Assembly: GCA_963697895.1 (NCBI GenBank)
Contig: OY969100.1
Span: 768,001 to 832,000 of the forward strand
Source: an uncultured Methanomicrobiales archaeon
GTDB taxonomy: Archaea; Halobacteriota; Methanomicrobia; Methanomicrobiales; Methanospirillaceae
Direction of reading: 5' to 3'
DNA length: 64,000 nt
Under the pieces are notes generated by a model. That model saw nothing but the letters and a program-made list of their open reading frames with translations, had not been told where the DNA came from and searched no databases. This document shows, piece by piece, positions 31,259 through 41,196 of the stretch (position 1 is the first letter of the stretch; every line of letters begins with the position of its first letter). A program made the position numbers and the translations under genes.

Positions 31259-32047
31259 TCATTCCACGGGATTATAGATCCGGTCCACATTAAATGACTG
31301 CACCATGTTCAGGGCATCCCATCGGTAGGTATCGAACATATTATCCTTTTCGACAGAATAGGGCGCACTGTAGGTGATGATGTATATCTTGTCGTCGATG
31401 AGCACATACAACTGCATGACCATCCGCATTGGTACTCCCCGCTCGTCTTTCGTGTAATAATTCAGGCCATATGCCTTTACACCCGAGATATAAGTGGTAG
31501 GGGTGTTCGTGGTGGTTGTTATCGAGTATTCCTCCTGTAGATCCGAAACCGCTTTGTTGAAATACGCCTCAAGCTCGGCAGGCTGTGGATTGGGAATGAC
31601 CTTGATCGTGAAGAGAGAAAAGAGCGAGTAACATTCCGTTTTCATATCGTTGCATATTCTTCTCTCCGGCGATGAAAACGTGATTTCGGATGATCGTGAT
31701 TCATCCAGGGTCCAGTTTTTTAAATATTCGAGTGAGTACCGATAATCCCCGCTCTCATAAGTTAGATACTGCAATTCCGGTGTAGGTTCGGGAGTAAGTT
31801 CCGGGGAAGGTTCAGGTGTTTGCTCTGGTGTCTCCGAAATCGGGGTATCTGTGGGTACGGCAGAGGAGAAGATTGTGGCATTCATCGTTTCCGACAGGTT
31901 ATTGTATGCTTGTTCAGCATCATTGAGCCTGCTGCTAAGGTCCTGGATTTCCTGCTGCTGAAGGATGTAGACACTGGAAGTGAAAAGAAGGTTACCTACT
32001 ATAGCAACAGCGAGAATTGTCAGAACAACGGTAACCCCTTTCGTCAT
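31259..32047 (-). CDS. Membrane-anchored extracellular protein with PsbP/DUF1795-like domain
   Basis: N-terminal TM, coiled coil, P/T/E linker, YSLEYLKNW and IYIITYSA...MVQSF. Confidence 0.7.
   Translation of the reverse strand: MTKGVTVVLTILAVAIVGNLLFTSSVYILQQQEIQDLSSRLNDAEQAYNNLSETMNATIFSSAVPTDTPISETPEQTPEPSPELTPEPTPELQYLTYESGDYRYSLEYLKNWTLDESRSSEITFSSPERRICNDMKTECYSLFSLFTIKVIPNPQPAELEAYFNKAVSDLQEEYSITTTTNTPTTYISGVKAYGLNYYTKDERGVPMRMVMQLYVLIDDKIYIITYSAPYSVEKDNMFDTYRWDALNMVQSFNVDRIYNPVE
31770..31832 (-). repeat. Imperfect 12-nt tandem repeat encoding a PE-x-T/S linker
   Basis: TPEQ TPEP SPEL TPEP TPEL. Confidence 0.6.
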
Positions 32048-32198
32048 CGTAAGATGAAGTTTGAACGACTGGGTTAATGTCTTTTCGTTCTTGACATATC
32101 AAACTCTCGGGTAAATGTAAAGATTCTAACCCTAGCCCTGCACTCTGCGGTATTTACGGTACCAGATTCAATAACTCATGTAATTTTAATATTTTTCC

Positions 32199-32594
32199 TT
32201 ATTCTGCCGATTCACCCTCTTTCGGAGGTCGTGCAGGTCTTTCCGGTTTCACGTACGTGATAGTGAATTGCTCTATCCCCTCATGTCTCGTCAGGGAAGG
32301 GGAATACTGGGTATCCATGATGAGACATTTAACGGGACATATATACACACACTCCTTACAGACGACGCACCTGAGCCGGTCGATCTGCCAGATCTTTTCT
32401 TCTTTTAAGACGCAGATCGCCTGTGCAGGACATTTTTTCATGCAAAGCAGGCATGAAATACACCGGGAACCATCTATTTCAACATGGCCCCGGGAGATAT
32501 CCGTCTTTTTTGCAGGCCTGGCCGGGTACTGGAGTGTTGCCGGGCTTCCGACAACGGTCCTCAATGCTGTTCTTGCCATTTCAAAGAAAGCCAT
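32199..32594 (-). CDS. echF: Ech hydrogenase subunit F (2x[4Fe-4S])
   Basis: CISCLLCMKKCP and CVVCKECVYICP; last gene of operon. Confidence 0.92.
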   Translation of the reverse strand: MAFFEMARTALRTVVGSPATLQYPARPAKKTDISRGHVEIDGSRCISCLLCMKKCPAQAICVLKEEKIWQIDRLRCVVCKECVYICPVKCLIMDTQYSPSLTRHEGIEQFTITYVKPERPARPPKEGESAE

Positions 32595-32598
32595 GTTT

Positions 32599-33678
32599 TC
32601 ACCGCTCCGCACACCCGATACAAGGATCGATGGAGAGGACGATCACCGGTACGTCCGCAAGTTCACAACCCTGGAGCATCTTTACCAGTGGCGGAATATT
32701 GGTAAGGGTTGGGGTCCGGATCCGTGACCTGACGAGAAATTTTGTCCCGTTTCCTTTTACATAATGAACAAGCTCGCCGCGCGGCTGTTCTGCACGGGAA
32801 AAATATTCCCCATTCGGCGTTCCCGTCACCTTTACCTCGATCGGCCCATCGGGAATCTTCCGCACCGCCTCCTGGATAAGGTCGATGGAAGTGAACAGTT
32901 CCCGTGCGCGGACGGCGCACCGGGCATGGCAATCCCCGGCTTGTTCAATAACCGGTTCCACATGGAGCCTCCCGTAGGCCGCATAACCGGTCTTCCGGAT
33001 ATCAATGGGGACCCCGCTTCCGCGTGCGGTCGGACCCATCGCACCGAGATCGTATGCATCTTTTTTCGTGAGGATCCCAATCCCCTTTGTGCGGGATTGC
33101 ACCGAACTATCAGAGAGGAATACATCGGTCAGTTCCTTTAATCCTTTCTGCATCCCTTCCAGGTTTCCCACCATCTCGTCGAGTTTATCGCCACTGATAT
33201 CTCTCCGGACACCGCCTATTTTGCAGGCACCCTGGATGACGCGGCCGCCAGTGGTCTCCTCCAGGGCGTCCAGAATATATTCACGAAACTTCCATGCACC
33301 CATATACAAATTTTCGAACCCAAACCCATCGGCAAATAAACCGAGCCAGAGAAGATGCGAGTGAAGACGCGAATACTCGGACCATATGGTGCGGAGGAAC
33401 AGCGCCCGTTCCGGAACCTCGATCCCCATCACCTGTTCAATCCCCTGACAATAGGTCATACCGTGGATGAAACTGCAGATTCCGCAGGTTCTTTCGGCGA
33501 TATAGACATATTCGCTAAATTCACGTTTTTCCACCAGCTTTTCGAGCCCGCGGTGCACATACCCGATGGATGGGATAGCATTTATGACCAGTTCGTCTTC
33601 AAGAACAAGGTCCAGATGAATAGGCTCCGGGAGCACCGGGTGCTGGGGACCGAACGGGATGACTATCTGTTTTGACAT
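32599..33678 (-). CDS. echE: Ech hydrogenase large [NiFe] subunit
   Basis: GPQHP, HRGLEK, RTCGIC, DPCIGCAER with no cleavable C-terminal tail. Confidence 0.95.
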   Translation of the reverse strand: MSKQIVIPFGPQHPVLPEPIHLDLVLEDELVINAIPSIGYVHRGLEKLVEKREFSEYVYIAERTCGICSFIHGMTYCQGIEQVMGIEVPERALFLRTIWSEYSRLHSHLLWLGLFADGFGFENLYMGAWKFREYILDALEETTGGRVIQGACKIGGVRRDISGDKLDEMVGNLEGMQKGLKELTDVFLSDSSVQSRTKGIGILTKKDAYDLGAMGPTARGSGVPIDIRKTGYAAYGRLHVEPVIEQAGDCHARCAVRARELFTSIDLIQEAVRKIPDGPIEVKVTGTPNGEYFSRAEQPRGELVHYVKGNGTKFLVRSRIRTPTLTNIPPLVKMLQGCELADVPVIVLSIDPCIGCAER

Positions 33679-34043
33679 GGGTCACTCCCCCCTGATGGGC
33701 CGGCACTGAAGGGATATTTCACGGATGTCCGGATCAGCGTCCCATGGAAATCGATATTCATCCCCTTCACCATTATACCGAAGAGATCATGCATCTCGTT
33801 CTCATAGATGAATGCTCCCCAGTATATACCTGAAATACTGGGCAGTTCTGTATCTGCCGTGATAGCAACCCGGAGATTCTGGAACTGGTAGTCTTTATCG
33901 AACGAATAATTGATCTCAAAAGATTCCGCGAGTTTTGTACAGCCGATCTGGACGAGTCGGTATCCATCGTTATGGAACTGTTCCACCCTGCCGATCAGCT
34001 GTTCGATATTCACCACCGTTGTCGGCTGGTTTTCAATTGTCAT
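33663..34043 (-). CDS. echD: Ech hydrogenase subunit D
   Basis: LPSISGIY..AFIYENEMHDLFG (NuoC-like). Confidence 0.92.
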   Translation of the reverse strand: MTIENQPTTVVNIEQLIGRVEQFHNDGYRLVQIGCTKLAESFEINYSFDKDYQFQNLRVAITADTELPSISGIYWGAFIYENEMHDLFGIMVKGMNIDFHGTLIRTSVKYPFSAGPSGGSDPCQNR

Positions 34044-34510
34044 ACGTGCTCACCTGGACCCGATGCAACCGTATCCGGTATTCTTCCGATCATTTCCAGT
34101 CTTTTTTGTTCAAGAATACCCAGCGCCTTTACAATCCCGTCGATGATCGATTCGGGGCGTGCGGCGCAACCGGGCACATACACGTCGACCGGGATGATCT
34201 TGTCGATGCCACCTACGATGTTGTAACATTCTCTGAATACGCCCGCAGAAGTTGCACATATGCCAACTGCAACCACGACCTTCGGATCCGGAATCTGGTC
34301 ATAGATATTTTTGACTATATCCTTGTTCTGCTCATTGATACCGCCGGTAACCACAAAAATATCAGCATGCTTGGGATTTCCCGTGTTGATGATCCCGAAC
34401 CGCTCCACGTCATACATTGGGGTAAGACAGGCAAGCACTTCGATATCGCATCCATTACAGGATGACGCGTCATAGTGGATGATCCAGGGAGATTTCGCGA
34501 GATAGGTCAT
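34040..34510 (-). CDS. echC: Ech hydrogenase small subunit C
   Basis: SCNGCDIE, GICA, PGCAARP. Confidence 0.95.
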   Translation of the reverse strand: MTYLAKSPWIIHYDASSCNGCDIEVLACLTPMYDVERFGIINTGNPKHADIFVVTGGINEQNKDIVKNIYDQIPDPKVVVAVGICATSAGVFRECYNIVGGIDKIIPVDVYVPGCAARPESIIDGIVKALGILEQKRLEMIGRIPDTVASGPGEHV

Positions 34511-35373
34511 AGGACGAGCACCCCTTTCAGATAATATAGGACCGCAAGATTTACTAAACCGAGTATCCCTGCAACTAGCCAGGCTGCCTTCAGGGTTGAT
34601 TGCCATTTCAGACGGGAGAACGTATTGTCCACGAGGATCTCCAGGAAATAGACGATAATTATTGCGAGTATCGCAATAAGCGGATTGAACCCGAAGAAAA
34701 GATACACAACACCCAGAAGGAACACCGTCTCGTACCAGTGCGCGATCTCGATCCTTCCCAGTGTCGGCCCTGCGAATTCGGTCATGATCCCCTTCACCAG
34801 TTCCTGATGGGCATGATGGGAAGTAGAGAGATCGAACGGGGATTTCCGGAGCTTGATGGTGATAAGCATCAGGAATCCGATGAACACCCCGGGGAGGAAG
34901 AGGATGATCGGGAGGGCCGACGCGCTAATATCACTCACATAGAAGGAGGAGGTAACAAGGAACATTCCTACAGCGGTAAGGATGATCATCGGCTCGAATG
35001 CGATGATCTGAATCAGTTCCCGCTCTGCGCCGATGAAACTGTAAGGGGAATTCGAAGCATAACCCCCGAGCACCAGGAAAATATGGGCAAGGGTAAACGC
35101 GAATATTACCAGTAGGAGATCCCAGCCAGCGAAGAATAATGCCCCGCTCACCATGATGAATACAAGGTACGAGAGGACATAGAAATTCTGTGACGCTGCC
35201 ACTACCACGCTCTCTTTTTCGAAGAGCTTGCCGACGTCATAAAATGGCTGCAGGAGGGGCGGGCCCATCCTTCCCTGCATCCTGGCTGTCACTTTCCGAT
35301 CAATCCCGGCGATCAGGCCCCCCAGAACAGGGGCGAGGAGGAGAAAGATGATTCCATTAATGACGGATATCAC
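34507..35373 (-). CDS. echB: Ech hydrogenase membrane subunit B (NuoH-like)
   Basis: RKVTARMQGRMGPP, PFD, EFAG; GTG start overlaps echA stop. Confidence 0.93.
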   Translation of the reverse strand: MISVINGIIFLLLAPVLGGLIAGIDRKVTARMQGRMGPPLLQPFYDVGKLFEKESVVVAASQNFYVLSYLVFIMVSGALFFAGWDLLLVIFAFTLAHIFLVLGGYASNSPYSFIGAERELIQIIAFEPMIILTAVGMFLVTSSFYVSDISASALPIILFLPGVFIGFLMLITIKLRKSPFDLSTSHHAHQELVKGIMTEFAGPTLGRIEIAHWYETVFLLGVVYLFFGFNPLIAILAIIIVYFLEILVDNTFSRLKWQSTLKAAWLVAGILGLVNLAVLYYLKGVLVL

Positions 35374-37274
35374 AGCATCACCCCCGCGACCGCGACTGCG
35401 GCAAAGAGGAGCAGTCCGAGACAAATGATGTTTCCTGTGGTGCGCAGACGACTTTCTCCGAAGTAGGACTCGAGATAATAGTTTGAGAGTACCGCTTGTT
35501 TATCCACGCCGAGCGACCCTCGAAATACCATCGTTGGTGACGTGGTTCTTCCTCCCATGTAGGGAGCGACATGTCTTCCCCGCTTCTGATAATACAGCAT
35601 GGAGAGGGGCATAATAAGGATCAGGCAGAGCATCAAGAGCATAATCGTGATATTTTCCTGCGAGAGCCGTGCGGTCTGTCCATAGATGGCGAGGATGAAC
35701 GGCTCGATCAGATAACCGGAGATCAAGGGAAAGATCAGCGTTACCAGAATTACCAGACCTGTCGTGATGTAGAGTGGCATCCATTTTTCTTTCCAAAAGG
35801 TAGCCTCCACCCGATCGCGGAATTCTTCCACAGAGATGATCTTTCCCATCCACTTGGCCCAGAAAAACACGGTTATGGATCCTCCGAATGCCAGAATCGC
35901 CACGAATATAAGACCGGCGGGTGCGAGAATAAATGCCTCGATGGCAGCCCATTTGGATATAAGCATACCGAAGGGTGCAAGAAACATCCCGGCAATGCCG
36001 ATGAACATCATTATGGCAATCTTCGGCATCCGCACAATCAAACTGTCCATATCCTCAATATCCTTGCTTCCGATCCGCTGCTCGATGACCCCGACCGACA
36101 TGAAGAGGAGCGATTTCGCGATTGCATGGAATATGATCAGCAGGATCGCCGCCCAAACAAGCATATAGGTTCCGATTCCCGCACACGCCGTGATCAGGCC
36201 AAGATTGGCAATCGTCGAATAAGCAAGCACTTTTTTTCCGTTGCTCTGGGATATCGCAATTCCTGATGCAAGGAGGAATGTTACCCCCCCGACCAGGGCG
36301 ATCGTGTACCCGAGAGGATTTCCGGTAAGTACCGGTGCAAATCGGACAATGATGTATACTCCGGCCTTGACCATGGTACTCGAATGGAGCAGGGCTGAAA
36401 CCGGTGTGGGTGCCACCATGGCCCCAACCAGCCACGATGAGAAGGGCATAAGAGCTGCTTTGGTGATTCCGGCAAAACAGATCAATCCCACAGGGATCAG
36501 GACGAGTACCTGGCCTGAAGAAAGAAGGTTATTGATCTCCAGAAGGGATCCGGATGGGTCAACCTGTGCCAGATAAAGAATCGCCGCTGCAAATGCAATC
36601 CCCCCGATAAGGTTCATGATAAGCGCAAGAAAGGCGCTTTTCGATGCTTCTGCTGTTTGTGCATACCCGATAAGAAGGAATGAACAGATCGTGGTAATCT
36701 CCCAGAAAAAAAAGACCCACAAGAGGTTATTGGAAAATACCAGGCCGAACATTGCGGAGAGGAAGATGAAAATAAGGAAGAAGAACCATGGCCGTCGGTC
36801 CTTCACTTCCGGATGCTGACGGTGATATGTCTCCATGTAAAATAGGGCATACACCCCAATCAACGTGCCAATTATACCGATGATTAACGCCATGATGATG
36901 GAGAACTGGTCAATGAACAGGTTGTTAAGGGGATTCAGGTCCTGGATGAAATATGCCTCAAAAATGATGATGAGGGCTGTCTGAATGACAATTAAAACCC
37001 CCGCGATTAGGTTCCTGAACCTGTACGCGAGATAGAGCAGGAAGAGAGCGAGGCCCATCTCGAGGAAGAACATCACCTGGCTGAGCGGCTCAAAAGATAC
37101 CGGGAAAAAAACCGTTCCGCTGCTGCCATAGACCACCAGCAGGTACAGGGTGGCGGCGGCGATGATCACTGCAGAGGCCTTAACGACAAGGTCTCTAATC
37201 GAGGTCTTCGGGATAAAAGCGACCAAAAGTGCAATAATCAGAGGAAATAGGATCAGGAACAGGACATCGTTCAT
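35370..37274 (-). CDS. echA: Ech hydrogenase antiporter-like subunit A (NuoL-like)
   Basis: FFWEITT, AMVAPTPVSALLHSSTMVKAG, LAYST. Confidence 0.94.
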   Translation of the reverse strand: MNDVLFLILFPLIIALLVAFIPKTSIRDLVVKASAVIIAAATLYLLVVYGSSGTVFFPVSFEPLSQVMFFLEMGLALFLLYLAYRFRNLIAGVLIVIQTALIIIFEAYFIQDLNPLNNLFIDQFSIIMALIIGIIGTLIGVYALFYMETYHRQHPEVKDRRPWFFFLIFIFLSAMFGLVFSNNLLWVFFFWEITTICSFLLIGYAQTAEASKSAFLALIMNLIGGIAFAAAILYLAQVDPSGSLLEINNLLSSGQVLVLIPVGLICFAGITKAALMPFSSWLVGAMVAPTPVSALLHSSTMVKAGVYIIVRFAPVLTGNPLGYTIALVGGVTFLLASGIAISQSNGKKVLAYSTIANLGLITACAGIGTYMLVWAAILLIIFHAIAKSLLFMSVGVIEQRIGSKDIEDMDSLIVRMPKIAIMMFIGIAGMFLAPFGMLISKWAAIEAFILAPAGLIFVAILAFGGSITVFFWAKWMGKIISVEEFRDRVEATFWKEKWMPLYITTGLVILVTLIFPLISGYLIEPFILAIYGQTARLSQENITIMLLMLCLILIMPLSMLYYQKRGRHVAPYMGGRTTSPTMVFRGSLGVDKQAVLSNYYLESYFGESRLRTTGNIICLGLLLFAAVAVAGVML

Positions 37275-37615
37275 CCATCACTCACGATGTTTCTATTGTT
37301 GATCTGTCATTATTAATCATTCCAATTTAATCTGCGAAATTATGTGTATCAACCGGAAAATACTCCTTTTTTCCCATAATCGCACCTGTTTAAGAAGATT
37401 TCCTGTCGGTTAAGTCATCAACTTCACCACTGATAAATAAATGAGGGAAATATCGACAGGATGAATCAACTTTTTCTAGACACAGTACGGTGACTGAATA
37501 CTCCATACAGTCACTGGTTCCCCAAAAGGACCATATTTGTGACAAATTTGAGCGCCGGTATTTTTCGATAGATTGAACATATCCCCGTGACAGTACGATA
37601 GCGGGAGTTGCTTGG

Positions 37616-38212
37616 ATGTACTGCTCAAAATGCGGGCGGGAAACGGACGCTGAGGGGAAATTCTGCCAATGGTGTGGCGCAGATCTGACTGCGATACCTC
37701 CGCGGCCGGTGATACGAAGAAGGCGGGGGATCCTGACCGAAAATTATGCCGGTATCGGACGGCGGTTTGTTGCATTCATCGTCGACCTCCTTTTTATATT
37801 GTTCATCGATCTCGTTCTGACCGGGCTGTTCGGGCTTTCGGAGGGTTTCAGGATGATCAACCAGCGCCTCCATCACCTGCCATATACAGACCAGTCGGGA
37901 CAGGTCGTGAATGCTCTCCTGCCGATTCCTGTGATACTCTCGGTTGGTATCCTTCTGATCCTGGTTCCCTGGTTGTATTATGCAATCCTCGAAAGTTCCA
38001 AAAATCAGGCGACCTTGGGCAAGATTGCTCTTCGGATCGCCGTGACCGATCTCCACGGGGATCGAATTACCTTCTCCCGGGCGACACTGAGGTTTTATGC
38101 AAAAATACTCGTGTTAATCACATTCTTTGTCGGATTTATCATCGTTGCGTTTTCCCGGCAGAAACAGGGAATTCATGATATTGTCGCAGGCTGTCTGATG
38201 TTCATCCAGTAG
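37616..38212 (+). CDS. RDD family membrane protein with N-terminal zinc ribbon
   Basis: CSKCG...CQWCG; RRFVAFIVD, TLGK, QGIHD. Confidence 0.88.
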   Translation: MYCSKCGRETDAEGKFCQWCGADLTAIPPRPVIRRRRGILTENYAGIGRRFVAFIVDLLFILFIDLVLTGLFGLSEGFRMINQRLHHLPYTDQSGQVVNALLPIPVILSVGILLILVPWLYYAILESSKNQATLGKIALRIAVTDLHGDRITFSRATLRFYAKILVLITFFVGFIIVAFSRQKQGIHDIVAGCLMFIQ

Positions 38213-38273
38213 TTTCCCGGCACAAGGCTTGTTTATTCCATGAACGTGCAAGAGAGAGGCAATAACCGGTTCC

Positions 38274-38468
38274 TTAGTCGTACTTGCCTTTCAGCCCTGC
38301 CCATCCGGTAAACCCGCAATAGATGCACCCTTCGCCCTCGCAATGTCGACATTTTACAGCAGGAGAACAAACCAGTACGCACCCTTTTTTATCGCAATAC
38401 ACGCATCCGGCACCCTCGCAATGGGAGCAGGTAACTTCTGAATAGATTTTTGAAGGTTTGGCAGCCAT
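38274..38468 (-). CDS. Small DnaJ-type Cys-rich zinc-finger protein
   Basis: CSHCEGAGCVYC and CRHCEGEGCIYC; SD-like GGGTGA upstream. Confidence 0.75.
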   Translation of the reverse strand: MAAKPSKIYSEVTCSHCEGAGCVYCDKKGCVLVCSPAVKCRHCEGEGCIYCGFTGWAGLKGKYD

Positions 38469-38578
38469 TCCACTTCACCCCTTTCTTTCAAGAATAAGAT
38501 AACCGGGAAAGGAGCCTTGCTTCATCTTAAAAATCCCCAAGGGGACGAATGAAGCGTTCTCCTTGATACAATCCAGAT

Positions 38579-40255
38579 TCATCCTTCTCTGGATCTCCCC
38601 GGGTGTTCACATATCTCCAGCACTGCCCCCCGATCCGCCTGGCTTACCAGGGCGGCATACCGGCGAAGCACACCCCCCAAAGGAGCTTTTAGCGGCTTTT
38701 CTGAGGGTTTCCTGTTCTGTACAAACGCCGGGTCGACGAAGAGATCAATCCTCTTTTCGAACAGGTCGATCAGAATGACATCCCCATCCTGAACTACCGA
38801 AATCGGTCCTCCGACAGCCGCTTCGGGCGTAACATGGCCGATGCAGGGCCCCCGCGTCCCTCCGGAAAAGCGTCCGTCGGTTACGAGTGCAACACGGGAA
38901 TAACCAAGTCCCATCAATGCGGAAGTCGGAGAGAGCATCTCCGGCATTCCCGGACCACCCCGTGGTCCCTCGAACCGTATGACCACAACATCGCCTTCGT
39001 GGATCGACCCTGCAAGAATGGCTTCCATTGCGGCATTCTCTCCGTCGAAGACCCGGGCCGGACCCTGATGCATCCACATGGCTTTGGGCACGGCGGCACA
39101 CTTTACCACTGCTCCATCAGGGGCAAGGGTCCCATGAAGTATCTTTAGTCCTCCGGCAGGACTGACCGGGGTGGAGACATCCTTCAGCACCTGATCATCC
39201 CTCACTACGCCGCTTTCGGCGATATCGTGGATGGTCAGGCCCGACACAGTTTGGGAATCGGATAAAAAATGTATGAGTCGTTTCATTACCGCGGGAATGC
39301 CCCCGGCCCGGTATAAGGCAAGCATCGAATGGGGGCCTGATGGCTGCATATGACAGATGTGAGGGATCTTTTCTCCGATGCGATTGAAGTCATCGAGATT
39401 CAGGGGAATACGCGCCTCGCATGCGATCGCCATAAGGTGGAGAACGGTATTGGTCGATCCACCAAGGGCCATATCAACTCGGATTGCATTCTGGAGGCTG
39501 TCGAGGGTGATGATCTCCCGAGGATGAAGATCCTCCCGGACAAGGCGGACGACCTGTTCCCCGCTTTCCCGTGCAATACGAAGTTTTGCTGCGTCCACTG
39601 CGGGGATTGCTGCCATACCGGGGAGAGACATCCCCATTGCTTCCGTCATGCATGCCATGGTGTTTGCGGTATACAGTCCCTGGCAGCTGCCGCATCCCGG
39701 CATCGCACAGCATTCCAGATCCCGGAGCTCCTCCTCACTCATCTTCCCTGCAGCAACCATCCCTACTCCTTCAAAGACATCGATCAGTGAACGCTCCCGT
39801 CCACTCTGATAACCGGGGAGCATCGGGCCTCCGGTTACCATGATCGCCGGAATGTCGCACCGGGCAGCCGCCATAAGCATCCCGGGAACGATTTTGTCAC
39901 AGGTCCCTACACAGGCGAGGCCGTCGAACCGGTGTGCTTCAATCATCAGTTCGATGGAATCGGCAATATTTTCCCGTGAAGGGAGGGAATACCGCATACC
40001 TTCATGCCCCATCGCGATTCCATCGCAGATTCCGATCACCCCGAACTCGAAGGGCACCCCTCCACCCGCGGTGATCCCCTCCCTCACCTTCGTCGAGAGT
40101 TCCCTGAGATGGACATGCCCCGGAACGATTGTATTCCAGGCATTTGCAATCCCGATGAACGGCATCTCCATCTCGCGATCTGTAACCCCGAGTGACCGGA
40201 GAAGAGCGCGATTGGGAGCCCGTTGGTATCCTGACCTGACTTCATCACTTCGCAT
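38579..40255 (-). CDS. ilvD: Dihydroxy-acid dehydratase
   Basis: [33 protein letters not shown]. Confidence 0.96.
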   Translation of the reverse strand: MRSDEVRSGYQRAPNRALLRSLGVTDREMEMPFIGIANAWNTIVPGHVHLRELSTKVREGITAGGGVPFEFGVIGICDGIAMGHEGMRYSLPSRENIADSIELMIEAHRFDGLACVGTCDKIVPGMLMAAARCDIPAIMVTGGPMLPGYQSGRERSLIDVFEGVGMVAAGKMSEEELRDLECCAMPGCGSCQGLYTANTMACMTEAMGMSLPGMAAIPAVDAAKLRIARESGEQVVRLVREDLHPREIITLDSLQNAIRVDMALGGSTNTVLHLMAIACEARIPLNLDDFNRIGEKIPHICHMQPSGPHSMLALYRAGGIPAVMKRLIHFLSDSQTVSGLTIHDIAESGVVRDDQVLKDVSTPVSPAGGLKILHGTLAPDGAVVKCAAVPKAMWMHQGPARVFDGENAAMEAILAGSIHEGDVVVIRFEGPRGGPGMPEMLSPTSALMGLGYSRVALVTDGRFSGGTRGPCIGHVTPEAAVGGPISVVQDGDVILIDLFEKRIDLFVDPAFVQNRKPSEKPLKAPLGGVLRRYAALVSQADRGAVLEICEHPGRSREG

Positions 40256-40379
40256 GCAATATACCCGACAGATATGTCGGTTCCACTCCATCATGAAACA
40301 TATTGACTACCTGGCCGAACCGGCCACGCGGATGCAAGAATTCCCATTGAGGATGATTGGATCTGATGGATCGTTTCTC

Positions 40380-40745
40380 CGGTACTGCTTCGCGGGTGGA
40401 TCGTTCTCCATGATCCAAAATGTATTTCCTTCAGTGACCATGCAGACTGCCCAGTATCCGATACCCGCGATGGGCATCCGTTCATTCAGAATACTTCCCC
40501 CTCCTTTACGGACTTTATCCGCGTATTCAGTCACGGATGGGACCGATATCGTGTTTCGAACACAATTTGCTCCGGATAGCTCCATAATTGCCCCGTCTAT
40601 CCCGTTTCTGATTCCGATCCGGTCTTGAGCAGCCAGTACCTGACATCTCCCTATTTTTCTGCATCCCGGACAAACGTCTGCGGATAGAATGGAACGGCAC
40701 GTTCAGGATCCTCTGCCGTATCTCAAAATGAATACACCGTGGCAT
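40380..40745 (-). pseudogene. Degraded VOC/glyoxalase-family gene
   Basis: MPRCIHFEI / AEDPERAVPFY...*...YWLLKTG / GIDGAIM...NTISVPSV...EGNTFWIME spread over three frames with an in-frame TAG. Confidence 0.78.
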
Positions 40746-40894
40746 CTTCGTTTGCCTCCGATGGAGGATGAAGGGGCCAGAAATAAGATATTTCCGATAG
40801 GACATAAGGTACAATTTGGATCCGGGAACTCATTCGGGTAGTGAATGCTTTTATACTCCGACATCTATGGCATCGTAAACAGAGGTGAAGCACG

Positions 40895-41116
40895 ATGCCG
40901 TACCGTTGGAAGAAAAAGATTGATGTGGACGAATCGATCGTCGTAATTATGAACTCTTTAGAAAAATCGGATGATCTCCCGAACTGGCTCTTGACGACCG
41001 TTAGGGCAGCCATTTCTGATTCTGATCCCGAGATGGGCCGGTATTTCTATGCAGAACTAAAGAAATACGCGCCAAAAGCGATGAAATATTTCGAAGGTTC
41101 CTGCGGTCCCGATTGA
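40895..41116 (+). CDS. Hypothetical protein (73 aa)
   Basis: SD GAGGTGA and TTTTATA upstream; protein-like composition. Confidence 0.7.
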   Translation: MPYRWKKKIDVDESIVVIMNSLEKSDDLPNWLLTTVRAAISDSDPEMGRYFYAELKKYAPKAMKYFEGSCGPD

Positions 41117-41196
41117 TCTGACCGGGATTCCATCTTTTTTCCAGATATTCGACAGCGCTTTCCTCATATGGGAACCTGGATTTCGATACCCGAAGC

